DNA of 64,000 bases from Candidatus Margulisiibacteriota bacterium (GCA_050250935.1 JBFWNS010000004.1:32001-96000); one strand, 5' to 3'. Shown: positions 40,587-50,516, counted from the first letter of the stretch. Program-made: numbers and translations. Notes: generated by a model not told the origin, from the sequence alone.

Positions 40587-41393
40587 TTAGTGCTTTCTTA
40601 AATCGCAAACGGCTTGTTCATAGTCCACCAACGAGGTGATTTTGGGATTCTCACCGCAAACAGGACAGTTTGGTTTTTTCTTGAGTTTTACAGTTCTGAA
40701 GTTCATGTTGGCCGCGTTAAAAATCAGCATGCGGTTGGTCAGCAAATCGCCCACACCGGTGATAAATTTTAGGGCTTCGGCGGCTTGAATCGTACCCAAC
40801 ATACCGGCAATGGCTCCCAAAACCCCGGCTTGGCTGCAGGTGGGAACGGCATTGGGAGGAGGAGGCGCATCAAACACGCAGCGGTAGCAGGCATGACCAG
40901 GCGTGTGGGTTAAGGTCTGACCATCAAACCGCAAAATCCCGCCATGAGAAAACGGCTTTTTGGCCATCACACACGCATCGTTAATCAAAAATTTAACGGG
41001 AAAATTGTCGGTGCCATCAATAATAAAATCATAATCTTTAATCAGGTCGTTGATGTTTTCGGCCAAGGCCAATTGGTAGTAGGTGTTCACCTTCACATCA
41101 GGGTTAATCTGAGCGATTTTTTCTTTGGCGGATTCCACTTTAGGCTTGCCCACATCGGGGGTAAAGTGAATGACTTGGCGTTGCAGATTGCTGAGATCCA
41201 CCACATCCCCATCCACCAAACCAATGGTGCCCACACCGGCCGCAGCCAGGTACAAGGCAATGGGCGCACCCAAACCGCCGGCCCCAATAATCAGGACTTT
41301 GGCGTTCAAAATTTTCTCTTGCCCCACCCCACCGATGTCTTTAAGCAGGATGTGTCGGCTGTAGCGTTCGATTTGGTCTTCGGTTAAGTTCAT
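40587..41393 (-). CDS. ThiF/MoeB family adenylyltransferase (HcyF-like)
   Basis: RYSRH, GAGGLG, SNLQRQ, DGTDNF, CYRC and CPVC motifs. Confidence 0.93.
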   Translation of the reverse strand: MNLTEDQIERYSRHILLKDIGGVGQEKILNAKVLIIGAGGLGAPIALYLAAAGVGTIGLVDGDVVDLSNLQRQVIHFTPDVGKPKVESAKEKIAQINPDVKVNTYYQLALAENINDLIKDYDFIIDGTDNFPVKFLINDACVMAKKPFSHGGILRFDGQTLTHTPGHACYRCVFDAPPPPNAVPTCSQAGVLGAIAGMLGTIQAAEALKFITGVGDLLTNRMLIFNAANMNFRTVKLKKKPNCPVCGENPKITSLVDYEQAVCDLRKH

Positions 41394-41394
41394 T

Positions 41395-42627
41395 TTAAGC
41401 TCCCAGTGCGGTTTGAAAGTCCGCGATAATATCGTCGATATGTTCGATGCCGACTGAAACGCGAATCAAGGTGTCGTCTACACCCGCTTCGGCCATTTGT
41501 TCGGCGGTAAAATCTTTGTAAATCGTGGACGCAGCATGAATGACCAGGGTTTTGGCATCGCCCAAGTTGGCCGCATTCGAGGCCAATTTGAGGCCGTTAA
41601 TACAGGCAAACGCAGCCGCTTTGTCTTTCAATCGAAAGGTGAGTAAGCCCCCACCTTTACCCCGTACATGGCTGGCCAAAAGTCCAAAATCTGGATGGTC
41701 CGGCAAGCCGGGATAATTAACAGCCGTCACAGCAGGGTGCGTGGCCAAAAACTGTGCCAACGCCAAGGCATTGTCGCAGTGACGTTCCATGCGCAACGCC
41801 AGCGATTCAAAACCCACCATCAAGGCCTGCGCATGGGCGGGTGCCAGCGCTGCCCCAATGTGAATCACCACATCTTTTCGGGCCGTTGCCAAAAAGGCCA
41901 TTTTGCCAAATTGTTTGGCCCGTTCAGCAATGGCTGGGGTTTTGCAGGTTTTCCAATCAAACAATCCCAAATCCACCACCACGCCACCAGAAATGGTGCC
42001 GCTGCCACTGATGTACTTGGTGGCACAATGAATCACCACATCCACCCCCAGCTCTTTGGCGGGGAACAAATACGGCGTGGTCACGGTGCTATCCACCACC
42101 AACGGCAAGTGATGAGCATGGCACAGTTCAGCCAATGCTTTAATGTTGGGCAACCGCAAACTGGGGTTGGCAATGGTTTCGATAAACACCCCACGGGTTT
42201 TGGGCGTAATGGCGGCCTCAACCGCTTTTAAATCGATGGGATCCACAAACACCACCGTAATACCACACTTGGCCAAAACGGATTTAAACAGCAGCAACGT
42301 TCCCCCAAACAAATTGGGCGAAGCGATCAATTCATCACCAGCAGAAGCCAAGGTTAAAACGGTGGCATTAATCGCCGCCATGCCGGATGCAAACCCAATG
42401 CCCCCAACCCCGTTTTCAAGCTCGGTCACCCGCTGCTCAAAGGCTGCAACGGTGGGGTTGGCAATGCGAGAATACACATAACCAAACTTTTTACCGGCAA
42501 ACACATCGGCCAATTCCTCTGCGGTATCATAAGCAAAAGTCGCCGATTGGCTGATCGAAATGGCCGTCGCCCCAGTCCGGGGGTCTCGGTGATGGCCACT
42601 GTGTATCGCCTTGGTTTCAAATTTCAT
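41395..42627 (-). CDS. metY: O-acetylhomoserine/O-acetylserine sulfhydrylase (PLP)
   Basis: YSRIANPT, ASGMAA, VVDST, HCATKYISG, NLGDAKTL and RVSVGIE motifs. Confidence 0.85.
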   Translation of the reverse strand: MKFETKAIHSGHHRDPRTGATAISISQSATFAYDTAEELADVFAGKKFGYVYSRIANPTVAAFEQRVTELENGVGGIGFASGMAAINATVLTLASAGDELIASPNLFGGTLLLFKSVLAKCGITVVFVDPIDLKAVEAAITPKTRGVFIETIANPSLRLPNIKALAELCHAHHLPLVVDSTVTTPYLFPAKELGVDVVIHCATKYISGSGTISGGVVVDLGLFDWKTCKTPAIAERAKQFGKMAFLATARKDVVIHIGAALAPAHAQALMVGFESLALRMERHCDNALALAQFLATHPAVTAVNYPGLPDHPDFGLLASHVRGKGGGLLTFRLKDKAAAFACINGLKLASNAANLGDAKTLVIHAASTIYKDFTAEQMAEAGVDDTLIRVSVGIEHIDDIIADFQTALGA

Positions 42628-42637
42628 AAAGTAGCTC

Positions 42638-42685
42638 CTATATAAACACAAATGCACAGCATTTGTGGGTCGTCAGTTGAAACAA
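42638..42685 (-). CDS. Putative 15-aa Cys-Cys leader peptide [15 protein letters not shown]
   Basis: GAGGAGG lies 6 nt before TTG; its TAG overlaps the AGGAG RBS of metY. Confidence 0.5.
   Translation of the reverse strand: MFQLTTHKCCAFVFI
42647..42672. repeat. Third copy of the palindromic sulfur-operon repeat
   Basis: CACAAATGCACAGCATTTGTGGGTCG is identical to the cysD-upstream copies over 26 bp. Confidence 0.95.
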
Positions 42686-42729
42686 GTTCAACCTCCTCGC
42701 TAAAGTTCTAAACACAAACGTTTCACTCG

Positions 42730-42753
42730 AAAAAATGCCTCCCTAGCCGAGGC
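42730..42753 (-). terminator. Possible intra-operon terminator after the sulfur-carrier gene
   Basis: GCCTC-GGCTAGG-GAGGC followed by ATTTTTT on the minus strand; short stem. Confidence 0.45.
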
Positions 42754-42963
42754 CTAACAACCACCGCCCATAAAATACAAAAACTCAACAGCATCGCCGG
42801 ATTTCACAAGTGCTGTATCAAAATTCTCGCGATCCAAAATCTCGCCGTTTAGCTCCACCGACACCATGTCCGGCATATCCACGTTATTGAGTTTAAGCAG
42901 TTCGGTTACAGTCGCTTCGGCAGGTTCAAAAGATTTTTTTTCGCCGTTAATTGTTAAGTCCAT
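42754..42963 (-). CDS. ThiS-like sulfur carrier (HcyS-like) ending GGG-C
   Basis: 69 aa with ING, VELNG and GDAVEFLYFMGGGC; an extra residue follows the GG. Confidence 0.92.
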   Translation of the reverse strand: MDLTINGEKKSFEPAEATVTELLKLNNVDMPDMVSVELNGEILDRENFDTALVKSGDAVEFLYFMGGGC

Positions 42964-42972
42964 GAAAATCTC

Positions 42973-43893
42973 CTATCGGTATAAAGTGGTGCTGAGGTAG
43001 CGCTCGCCAAAATCGCACAAAATGGTGACGATGCGTTTGCCCTTGTTTTCGGGGCGCTTGGCCACTTGCAAGGCCGCAAACACATTGGCCCCAGACGAAA
43101 TACCCAACAAAACCCCTTCTTGTTTGGCCAGGTTTCGGGCAGTATCCAAAGCGTCGTCGTTGGACACTTGAATGACTTCGTCGATGATGGCCTTGTTCAA
43201 ATTGTCGGGAATAAAACCAGCCCCAATGCCTTGAATCATGTGAGGACCAGGTTTTCCGCCAGAAATAACTGGCGAATCTTTAGGCTCCACGGCAATCACT
43301 TTGAGCTTGGGGTTTCGGGCTTTAATCACCTCGCCAACACCGGTGATGGTCCCGCCAGTGCCAACCCCAGCCACAAAAATATCGATGTTGCCATCGGTAT
43401 CGCGCCAAATTTCTTCGGCTGTGGTTTTGCGGTGAACTTCGGGGTTCGCAGGGTTTTTGAACTGTTGGGGAATAAAGGCTTTTTTGTGCTCTTTGGCCAA
43501 TTCTTCGGCGCGGGCAATGGCCCCGGACATGCCCAAGTGACCGGGTGTCAGTTCAATTTCGGCCCCATAAGCCTTCAACAACCCACGGCGCTCCAAGCTC
43601 ATGGAATCGGGCATGGTTAAAATGACGCGATACCCTTTTACCGCCGCCACAAAGGCCAAGGCAATGCCGGTGTTACCACTGGTGGGCTCGATAATGATGG
43701 TGTCTTTGTCCAATTTTCCGGCCTGTTCTGCCGCTTCAATCAAGGCAAAACCCGCTCGGTCTTTTACCGACGACGTTGGGTTCATAAATTCGCATTTCCC
43801 CAAAATCTCTGCGCCAGCCCCTTCAGCAATGCGGTTTAAACGAACCAAGGGAGTGTTTCCGATTAACGCTGTTAAATTGTTTGCGATGCCCAT
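42973..43893 (-). CDS. cysK: Cysteine synthase A
   Basis: [36 protein letters not shown] and GERYLST motifs. Confidence 0.97.
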   Translation of the reverse strand: MGIANNLTALIGNTPLVRLNRIAEGAGAEILGKCEFMNPTSSVKDRAGFALIEAAEQAGKLDKDTIIIEPTSGNTGIALAFVAAVKGYRVILTMPDSMSLERRGLLKAYGAEIELTPGHLGMSGAIARAEELAKEHKKAFIPQQFKNPANPEVHRKTTAEEIWRDTDGNIDIFVAGVGTGGTITGVGEVIKARNPKLKVIAVEPKDSPVISGGKPGPHMIQGIGAGFIPDNLNKAIIDEVIQVSNDDALDTARNLAKQEGVLLGISSGANVFAALQVAKRPENKGKRIVTILCDFGERYLSTTLYR

Positions 43894-43914
43894 TTTCAAT
43901 TCCTTTTTTCTGAT

Positions 43915-44313
43915 TTAAATGCTGTACGACACAAGGGGCGTACTTTTTTGCAAAACATCCATCAAACTCACATCAAAAACGGCGGACACTTTGGCCTCGG
44001 CCTCTTGCCAAAATCCGGCCAAAACGTCCTCGTGATTATCACACAAACGACAGGGTCCTTCCAGGCAATTCAGCACCTCGGCAGCCTGAATCTGCTCGGG
44101 AGCCCGCGCCAGGGCATAGCCCCCGCTGCTACCGCGAAAACTTTTCACCAAACCCGCGCGTTTAAGCTGCACCAGCAACTGCTCCAAATAATTTTGGGGA
44201 ATCTGATGCCGATCCGCAATCGTCTTGATTTGAATGGGCCCCTGGTTAAAGTGCTCGGCCAACACCGTCATGGCAGCAAGGCCGTATTTGCCTTTGGTTG
44301 AGATTGTAATCAT
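43915..44313 (-). CDS. Rrf2 family regulator (CymR-like)
   Basis: STKGKYGL, YLEQLL..L and VKSFRG..GGY.LA motifs; heads the sulfur operon. Confidence 0.92.
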   Translation of the reverse strand: MITISTKGKYGLAAMTVLAEHFNQGPIQIKTIADRHQIPQNYLEQLLVQLKRAGLVKSFRGSSGGYALARAPEQIQAAEVLNCLEGPCRLCDNHEDVLAGFWQEAEAKVSAVFDVSLMDVLQKSTPLVSYSI

Positions 44314-44319
44314 AGGCTC

Positions 44320-44347
44320 ATTGTACACCCTTAGTTTATTATGTCAA
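44320..44347 (-). promoter_or_regulatory. Sigma-70 promoter of the sulfur operon (likely leaderless)
   Basis: TTGACA-N16-TACAAT, ending 6 nt before the ATG at 44313. Confidence 0.7.
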
Positions 44348-44436
44348 GTGGGTTAGTTGGGATTAAGAGGTCCGCTGAAATTTTTATGTTTAAACCCGCC
44401 AAAATACAGGGAATCACCCTAAAAAATTAAATTATT

Positions 44437-44464
44437 TGAAATTAAAATTGAAATTATCCGAAAA
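44437..44464 (+). promoter_or_regulatory. Sigma-28-like promoter TGAAA-N15-TCCGAAAA
   Basis: Same spacing as the motifs before both carrier genes; the region is very AT-rich. Confidence 0.4.
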
Positions 44465-44497
44465 ATAATTATAAAAAAGTCAAAAAATGGGGATTTT

Positions 44498-47400
44498 ATG
44501 ATTAAAAAACAAATAGCCGCTGCTACACGACAACTGCCGCCACGACCCCTCAGCGGGGTTCAGCAACGCGAGATTTATCGCTTAGACAGGGGAACCGGGG
44601 TTGTACCCGCAACCTATCCAATTTCACAACTGGTGAGCCGCATCGCCAAAGAAGTTCTTCAGGAAAAAGGGTTGCCGGTTGATGAGTGTGCCGTTGTTCT
44701 GATTGATTATAAAGAAATCAACGCCTATTTCGACCATACCCGCAACATGATTGTGGTCTATCGGGGATTACTCGATTTACTCGTTAAAGAAAACTGTTTC
44801 ACCGAAGAAGCCCTGAGATTTGTACTGGGTCACGAAATCGGCCACGCCAAAGACGACCATGACCACCGGTTTCAATCGTATGGCGAAACCCTAATACGAG
44901 AACTTAGTGCAGACCAACACGGAAGCCAATCCTTGGCAAGCCAAGCACAAAATCCTTTGGGCGGACTGGCCTGTCTCACAGCACTTGAACAGGCAAAAAG
45001 AAGAGAAGGCAGCTCTGGCGTCTCTATAACAAGCACCCATCCGAATCCGTCCCTAAGACGGGCCGTTTTTTTGCAACACATTCGGAACCACTACACCCCA
45101 GGCTTGGGAAAAGCACTGACCCCCATTGACCCCAAATGGCTTGAAAACATCAAAACCCTAGAAAGTCCTGTAATAGATGTTCTTTCCGAAAGTTATCTCG
45201 ACACCAGAAGCATTCTTAAAGCCCTTAATCAATGTCCCACCGTAGGGGCATTAAGACATTTTTTCGATATAGACAGACATCACAGAACTGCCGATATCGA
45301 ATCTCAACTCGTCCAAAAATTAGCCGAATTGAGCAAGCTGCCGCAGATAGACGCAAAAAAAATCGTCGCAGCTTATTTGAGCCACGAAAAACCCACCTCA
45401 TTTGAAGATCCGGCCACCGTTTTAAAAGTCTCCGTTCAACTGACCTCGGATATTTATTATGTCACCCCCGGTCCAGAAAGCGTTTTTGAAATCGCCGCCC
45501 AGCAACTGCCCCCTCAAAAGCTTCGAGCCCTTCTGCCCTTTGTGATGCACCACAGTGCCACTCGAATTGGTAATCACCCTTATTTTAACGCCCTGTTTAA
45601 GACTTTCCACACCATTCAAGACTTTCTGAACCTGTTTCAAGCCAGTTGCCACACCCACACCGCTACACAGGAAGAATTTGGCAAATTTTGGGGGGCTGTT
45701 GGAGAGAATTTTTCTAAAACTATCCGAACAAAAGACGATGTTCAACGTGTTGTTGATTTTTGCTTTCAAGATCCTGCCCGATTCATAACCGTCATAACCG
45801 ACAGCGGACGTCCTGAATCCGTATTCACTCGGGCACTCAAGGATGCCGTTCGCAACAAGATCATTACCCCTGGAGATATTGTAACGATGGTTCAAAAATA
45901 CGACGCTGTTTTACAAGCCCATCCCAAATGGATGGGGCGGGTAGTCGGTGCTTTACAAACTTGCATCCAAGATGCGGAACTACCCCCTGAGGAAAAAATG
46001 GCCCAATACGCCGCCCTGCCACACCAATTTACCCATAAAAGAGGCTACATTAGTTTGATATATTGGCGTGAAGCACAAACCCTGCCCCATGACCAAACAC
46101 CAACCCCCGAACGCCACATTGAAGTCGTCGAGAAATTTATCCGGTACCGCCAAGACCCAACCCAACCCTTGGATAGCATTCAGCCCTCACCCTATCGGCA
46201 TTGGTATGAGCCTTATGTCGGTTCTACACGAATCAAGCACTTTGAGCACATTACCAACCCTGACGACCAAGACCGTCTTTTTGCTGCCTTTAACGCAGCC
46301 AAGGCCGAGTATATCCATTATTACAGTCAAGCCAGGGTCGACGATATGACCGCCCACTTGGTCTTGACTTGGTATTTACCCCGGTTGGGGATTACAGCGG
46401 CCTTATTGGACATGCTGCCAACCACATCTCTCAACCACGACGCCCTTGAACCATTCTTTCGTGATAAAGGTCTTGCAGATACACGCCTAGCCGACACCTT
46501 ATGCCAAAAATTACCCCGGTTTGAGGAATTTCCTAGGACACAAAAGCCTCTGGAGGACATTAAAGAATACGCCGACTTCGATCCCCGCCAGGATGGTAGG
46601 GAAGAAACACGGTCTTCGTTTTGGAGTCGAAACGAAGAAAGCCACCTTACCATCAACGAAGCCATTTTTAGAGATCAACAGCGTCGATCCGGCGGTGATG
46701 CTGCAGCGATCGCGTGCCGCTATATGCCAGCATCCTTTAGACGAGACACCCATCTTGTACCCACCCAAGACCTCTTTACCTGCAACCCCCGAGACTTCGA
46801 TCGATGGGTGGTTTTGCACGGCACCACCGAACGGGTTCATGTGTTGAGCCTGATTCACAACCCCACCCTCCGAGACATCGCTGCCAAACGGCTCACACAA
46901 GCAAAACAAGAAGCCGGCGAGTTTGCCACCATGTCTTATGCCGACATCAAGGCCTGGGTCAGTCTGGTCTTTTCGTCCCCCAATGCCCCCCTGGCCCACG
47001 AGGTGTTGGACGACTTGCTTCAACACACCACCTGCACCATCACAGACCTAGACGACTTTGCCAGAACCACAGCAGCCTCTTCCGAGCAATTTATAGCCAG
47101 CGATATTCTGTTACGCTTGGGAGATTTTCTGAGTAATCAGACCCCAGATTTTAAACGGACCCTTTTTGAGTGGTTGTTGGATCCCACACAACCCAAACCC
47201 AAAAGCGTGTTGTACATGGAATATGTCCTCGAAACCACCATGAGCGACTTACCCCATTTATTAACCCATCTTAGCCAAACCGAACGGAGCTATTTTTTCA
47301 GCCTTCTCTTTTTGGACACCAATGGCATTTTGAATGATGAAGCCACCTTCAAACAACTGCGGGCCAACATCTTTGAAAAAGCCATGAATGAATCCCCTAC

Positions 47401-49078
47401 CGAGCAAAACCTGTGGTTTGTCTTGTTTGAAGAAACCTTGCTGGCCGGCTCGGATTTAAAACAATCGGAATTATTAACCGGTCTGTTTCAAGGATTTTTC
47501 GGCCCCGGAACCCCCTCCTCAAAACCAGAACGTATCAAATCATTTTTAGCCGCCTTTGGGGTGGTGGGCATTAAGTTGGGTCAGATTTTATCAACCCACT
47601 CGGCCATCACAGACCCCGCCCTTCAAGCAGCTTTAAGAACCCTCTCCGACCAAGTGCCTCCCATTTCCAAACAATATGCCGTGGACGCCCTCAAACTAGA
47701 CGGAGATGGGACAGAAAAGCTCGCTCAAATCGCCAGCATAGACGACTTATTGGGCAGCGCATCGGTTAAACAAGGGTATCGCATTCGCACCACAGATGGC
47801 CAAACCCTGGCCTTCAAATTTATCAAACCCATAGCCGAATACGATGTGCGTGAAAACTTTGAGATTTTGGAACGGGTGATGCACAGTCCCAGGCTTCAAC
47901 AACACTTCAAAGGAGCCGATTCGCTGCTGGAAAAAGTCAAAATCAGTGTTCAAGCCGAAATCGACATGGCCAGCGAAGTGGATCATCAGGTGGCTCTAAG
48001 AACGTTTTCGCTGGGTCGAATCCCACAAGTTGAGGGGTGGACACTGGCTATTCCGGAAGTGCCCCCCGGCTTTAGAGGCCGAAAATCGTTTGCCGATCAG
48101 TTTTCAAGCGGCCAGTCTTTGGCCCAAACCATGGACAGTTTGGGCGACCAAACGGCCCCCGTTGCCGAATTGGTTTGCCGAACAGTGTTGGACCAGATAT
48201 TCAATGGCGACCGTTTTCACGCCGACTTACACGGAGGCAACGTGTTGGTGGATCCGGCAACCAAAACCGTGACCCTGATCGATTTTGGCAACTGCCTACA
48301 TCTGTCTTCAGAGGACCAAAACCACTGCCTCAACCTGCTGCTGGCCGTGAAATTGGGATTAACCCAAACCGCCATCCACCAATTTGAGGTTTTTTGCGGG
48401 CAATCCGAGCCTTTTTCACCCAGACTGCGTCGGGATCTCATGACCGTATTGGAAAAACCGGGTGATTTAAATCAAAAACTGGCTCAAGCCAGACAACTCT
48501 TAATTCAGAACCAGTTAACCTTTCAAAGTCAGTACGAGGTGGTTTTTAAAGTTTTGGAAACCATGGGCTATCTATTTGCCCCCATTCAAGATCGGCTTCA
48601 AACCCTGGTTATTGAGGTGGCTGGATTGGAGCGGCTGCGAAGTTTAGTACCCCTTCAAACCGTCTGGAACACCGAATTCACCCCCACCGATCAACAGGCC
48701 ATTTTGGTGCTGCTTGCCAACCTAAAAGCAGGCCGGCGCAATGAAACCATCAAGCAACTCCGGTATTTTCTAAGAAGTTCTTTAAGCCCTCAACAGGTTC
48801 AAGCGCTCCACGAAATCATCAAACGCAAAGCCCCTATCGAAGAAAAAGCGTTGGCGCTTTTAACCAAACTTGTGGAGCTTCAAATCCCCCTAACCCCGCT
48901 TTTACAACAGCTTGTTCACCTTCATGCGCAATTGACACCCTACCTTACCCCTGGGGATAGCACAGCTACCCCAGCCACAAATTTGGATTTAGCCACCTTA
49001 ATTACGCCAGACCAAAAACAAGCCGTCCGCGCCGAACTGGGACTAAGAACGAGATATCGACTTTGGCGTACTACCTAG
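44498..49078 (+). CDS. M48 metallopeptidase / ABC1 (AarF/UbiB) kinase fusion, 1526 aa
   Basis: N-terminal INAY, GHEIGH, ELSAD and STHP; C-terminal IKLGQILST, SASVKQ, AFK, FHADLHGGN and IDFG. Confidence 0.85.
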   Translation: MIKKQIAAATRQLPPRPLSGVQQREIYRLDRGTGVVPATYPISQLVSRIAKEVLQEKGLPVDECAVVLIDYKEINAYFDHTRNMIVVYRGLLDLLVKENCFTEEALRFVLGHEIGHAKDDHDHRFQSYGETLIRELSADQHGSQSLASQAQNPLGGLACLTALEQAKRREGSSGVSITSTHPNPSLRRAVFLQHIRNHYTPGLGKALTPIDPKWLENIKTLESPVIDVLSESYLDTRSILKALNQCPTVGALRHFFDIDRHHRTADIESQLVQKLAELSKLPQIDAKKIVAAYLSHEKPTSFEDPATVLKVSVQLTSDIYYVTPGPESVFEIAAQQLPPQKLRALLPFVMHHSATRIGNHPYFNALFKTFHTIQDFLNLFQASCHTHTATQEEFGKFWGAVGENFSKTIRTKDDVQRVVDFCFQDPARFITVITDSGRPESVFTRALKDAVRNKIITPGDIVTMVQKYDAVLQAHPKWMGRVVGALQTCIQDAELPPEEKMAQYAALPHQFTHKRGYISLIYWREAQTLPHDQTPTPERHIEVVEKFIRYRQDPTQPLDSIQPSPYRHWYEPYVGSTRIKHFEHITNPDDQDRLFAAFNAAKAEYIHYYSQARVDDMTAHLVLTWYLPRLGITAALLDMLPTTSLNHDALEPFFRDKGLADTRLADTLCQKLPRFEEFPRTQKPLEDIKEYADFDPRQDGREETRSSFWSRNEESHLTINEAIFRDQQRRSGGDAAAIACRYMPASFRRDTHLVPTQDLFTCNPRDFDRWVVLHGTTERVHVLSLIHNPTLRDIAAKRLTQAKQEAGEFATMSYADIKAWVSLVFSSPNAPLAHEVLDDLLQHTTCTITDLDDFARTTAASSEQFIASDILLRLGDFLSNQTPDFKRTLFEWLLDPTQPKPKSVLYMEYVLETTMSDLPHLLTHLSQTERSYFFSLLFLDTNGILNDEATFKQLRANIFEKAMNESPTEQNLWFVLFEETLLAGSDLKQSELLTGLFQGFFGPGTPSSKPERIKSFLAAFGVVGIKLGQILSTHSAITDPALQAALRTLSDQVPPISKQYAVDALKLDGDGTEKLAQIASIDDLLGSASVKQGYRIRTTDGQTLAFKFIKPIAEYDVRENFEILERVMHSPRLQQHFKGADSLLEKVKISVQAEIDMASEVDHQVALRTFSLGRIPQVEGWTLAIPEVPPGFRGRKSFADQFSSGQSLAQTMDSLGDQTAPVAELVCRTVLDQIFNGDRFHADLHGGNVLVDPATKTVTLIDFGNCLHLSSEDQNHCLNLLLAVKLGLTQTAIHQFEVFCGQSEPFSPRLRRDLMTVLEKPGDLNQKLAQARQLLIQNQLTFQSQYEVVFKVLETMGYLFAPIQDRLQTLVIEVAGLERLRSLVPLQTVWNTEFTPTDQQAILVLLANLKAGRRNETIKQLRYFLRSSLSPQQVQALHEIIKRKAPIEEKALALLTKLVELQIPLTPLLQQLVHLHAQLTPYLTPGDSTATPATNLDLATLITPDQKQAVRAELGLRTRYRLWRTT

Positions 49079-49307
49079 CCTTCAGCCGCCGAATCCGAAC
49101 CCGAAACACCCCTTCCGAAACGGGGTCTATCCCCAAAACCTCGTCTCCCTGTTCGGTGACGGTTCGGGGCACATTGTCCAAGGGTTCCCCGGCCCGAAGC
49201 AAAACAACCAGTTCATCCCCAGCATCCAGGGTTTCAAGCTTCAGCTTGGTTTTGACAAAGGTCATGGGGCAATGGTCTTTGGTAATATCCAGTTCAATGG
49301 TTTTCAT
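49071..49307 (-). CDS. TusA family sulfurtransferase
   Basis: LDITKDHCPMTFVKTK CPxx motif. Confidence 0.9.
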   Translation of the reverse strand: MKTIELDITKDHCPMTFVKTKLKLETLDAGDELVVLLRAGEPLDNVPRTVTEQGDEVLGIDPVSEGVFRVRIRRLKAR

Positions 49308-49777
49308 ATAAACAGCACCTGTCCGCCTTCTGCGATTCTTAAAAACGACGCAACGCCCAGCTCTTCTTTGACTGGCAAATAGTCGGAGAGTTCTGTTCCC
49401 AAAATCACTTTCGACATTTCGCAGGCATAAAAATTGACGCCCAACGCCACCGAAGCTTCCAACAATTCTTTAAGGGTGGCCACATTTTGCTTTTTCATCA
49501 TGTACGTCATGAGTTTGGGAGAAAGCCCCAAAAAGTTAAGACGGCTTAAGGGCAATTGGTTAAACCCACCCATGAGCACATTAAAAAACTTAGCCAAAAA
49601 CCCAGTCCCAATGGGCTTTCGTCCCCAGCCTTTTTTGATCACATTATAGCCCCAAAATGTAAAAAACACGTTCACTTCATAACCAACAGCAGCAGCCCCA
49701 GAAGCCAAGGTAAAAGTAGCCACCGCTTTATCAAAATCCCCGCTAAAACAAATTAAACTCAATTTTTTTGTATTCAT
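49304..49777 (-). CDS. DsrE2-like family protein
   Basis: FSGDFDK, FFTFWG, ACEMS and GVASFL motifs. Confidence 0.9.
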   Translation of the reverse strand: MNTKKLSLICFSGDFDKAVATFTLASGAAAVGYEVNVFFTFWGYNVIKKGWGRKPIGTGFLAKFFNVLMGGFNQLPLSRLNFLGLSPKLMTYMMKKQNVATLKELLEASVALGVNFYACEMSKVILGTELSDYLPVKEELGVASFLRIAEGGQVLFI

Positions 49778-49897
49778 GATGGTCTCAAAATACACCATGG
49801 AACCACTAAAACTCAAATTTACTTTTTATAATGACAAAACCAAAGAGAAAGAAGTATTATTTTTAATAAATAAATCCAGTTCGAAGAAATTTCAAGT

Positions 49898-50491
49898 ATG
49901 GCCACCCTTACAAAAAAAATGATTGCAACACAACCACGTCCCAAGACGGCCACAGAAATTGCAATGGAAGAACTCTTAACCCAAAAACCTCTTCAATGGT
50001 GGACTCAACAAAAATCCAGATTCACACCGGACTTTATCAGCCTAATTTTCACACAAAGCGTGACCTTTCGAAGGTTCGACCTTGTTGTTTATTTTTGTCG
50101 CTATGTATCTATGGATCTACTCGCTCATGCCCTCAAAGCACTGATCAAAACACGCCCTTCTAGAACCCAAACCCGAGAAGAAAGTCGTTTAAAAACCATA
50201 GCTATTGTTAAACTTGTTTTAAATGCACGTGTTAACAGCCAACGCCAGGAAATCGCAACACATATCCGAAACAAGGACTATAAAGCGGCAGCTGCGTGCA
50301 TTGACGTTCTGCCACAATCAGAGCAGGTCTACAAAGACAGACTTCGGTATAGATGTGGGCTGGAAGCCATTTTAAACAACGACCCAACAGCGGGCTTGTC
50401 CCTTGCCTTACAAATTCAGACCTTAATTTCTTTACAAATAAAACTCGAAGCCATGGCCTTCCGTGCACCTTCAGAACTCATCTCTTCTTAA
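49898..50491 (+). CDS. Hypothetical protein, probably helical
   Basis: 197-aa ORF after an AT-rich gap; no family recognised. Confidence 0.6.
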   Translation: MATLTKKMIATQPRPKTATEIAMEELLTQKPLQWWTQQKSRFTPDFISLIFTQSVTFRRFDLVVYFCRYVSMDLLAHALKALIKTRPSRTQTREESRLKTIAIVKLVLNARVNSQRQEIATHIRNKDYKAAAACIDVLPQSEQVYKDRLRYRCGLEAILNNDPTAGLSLALQIQTLISLQIKLEAMAFRAPSELISS

Positions 50492-50516
50492 AAAATCTGC
50501 TATACTGCCCCAACTT

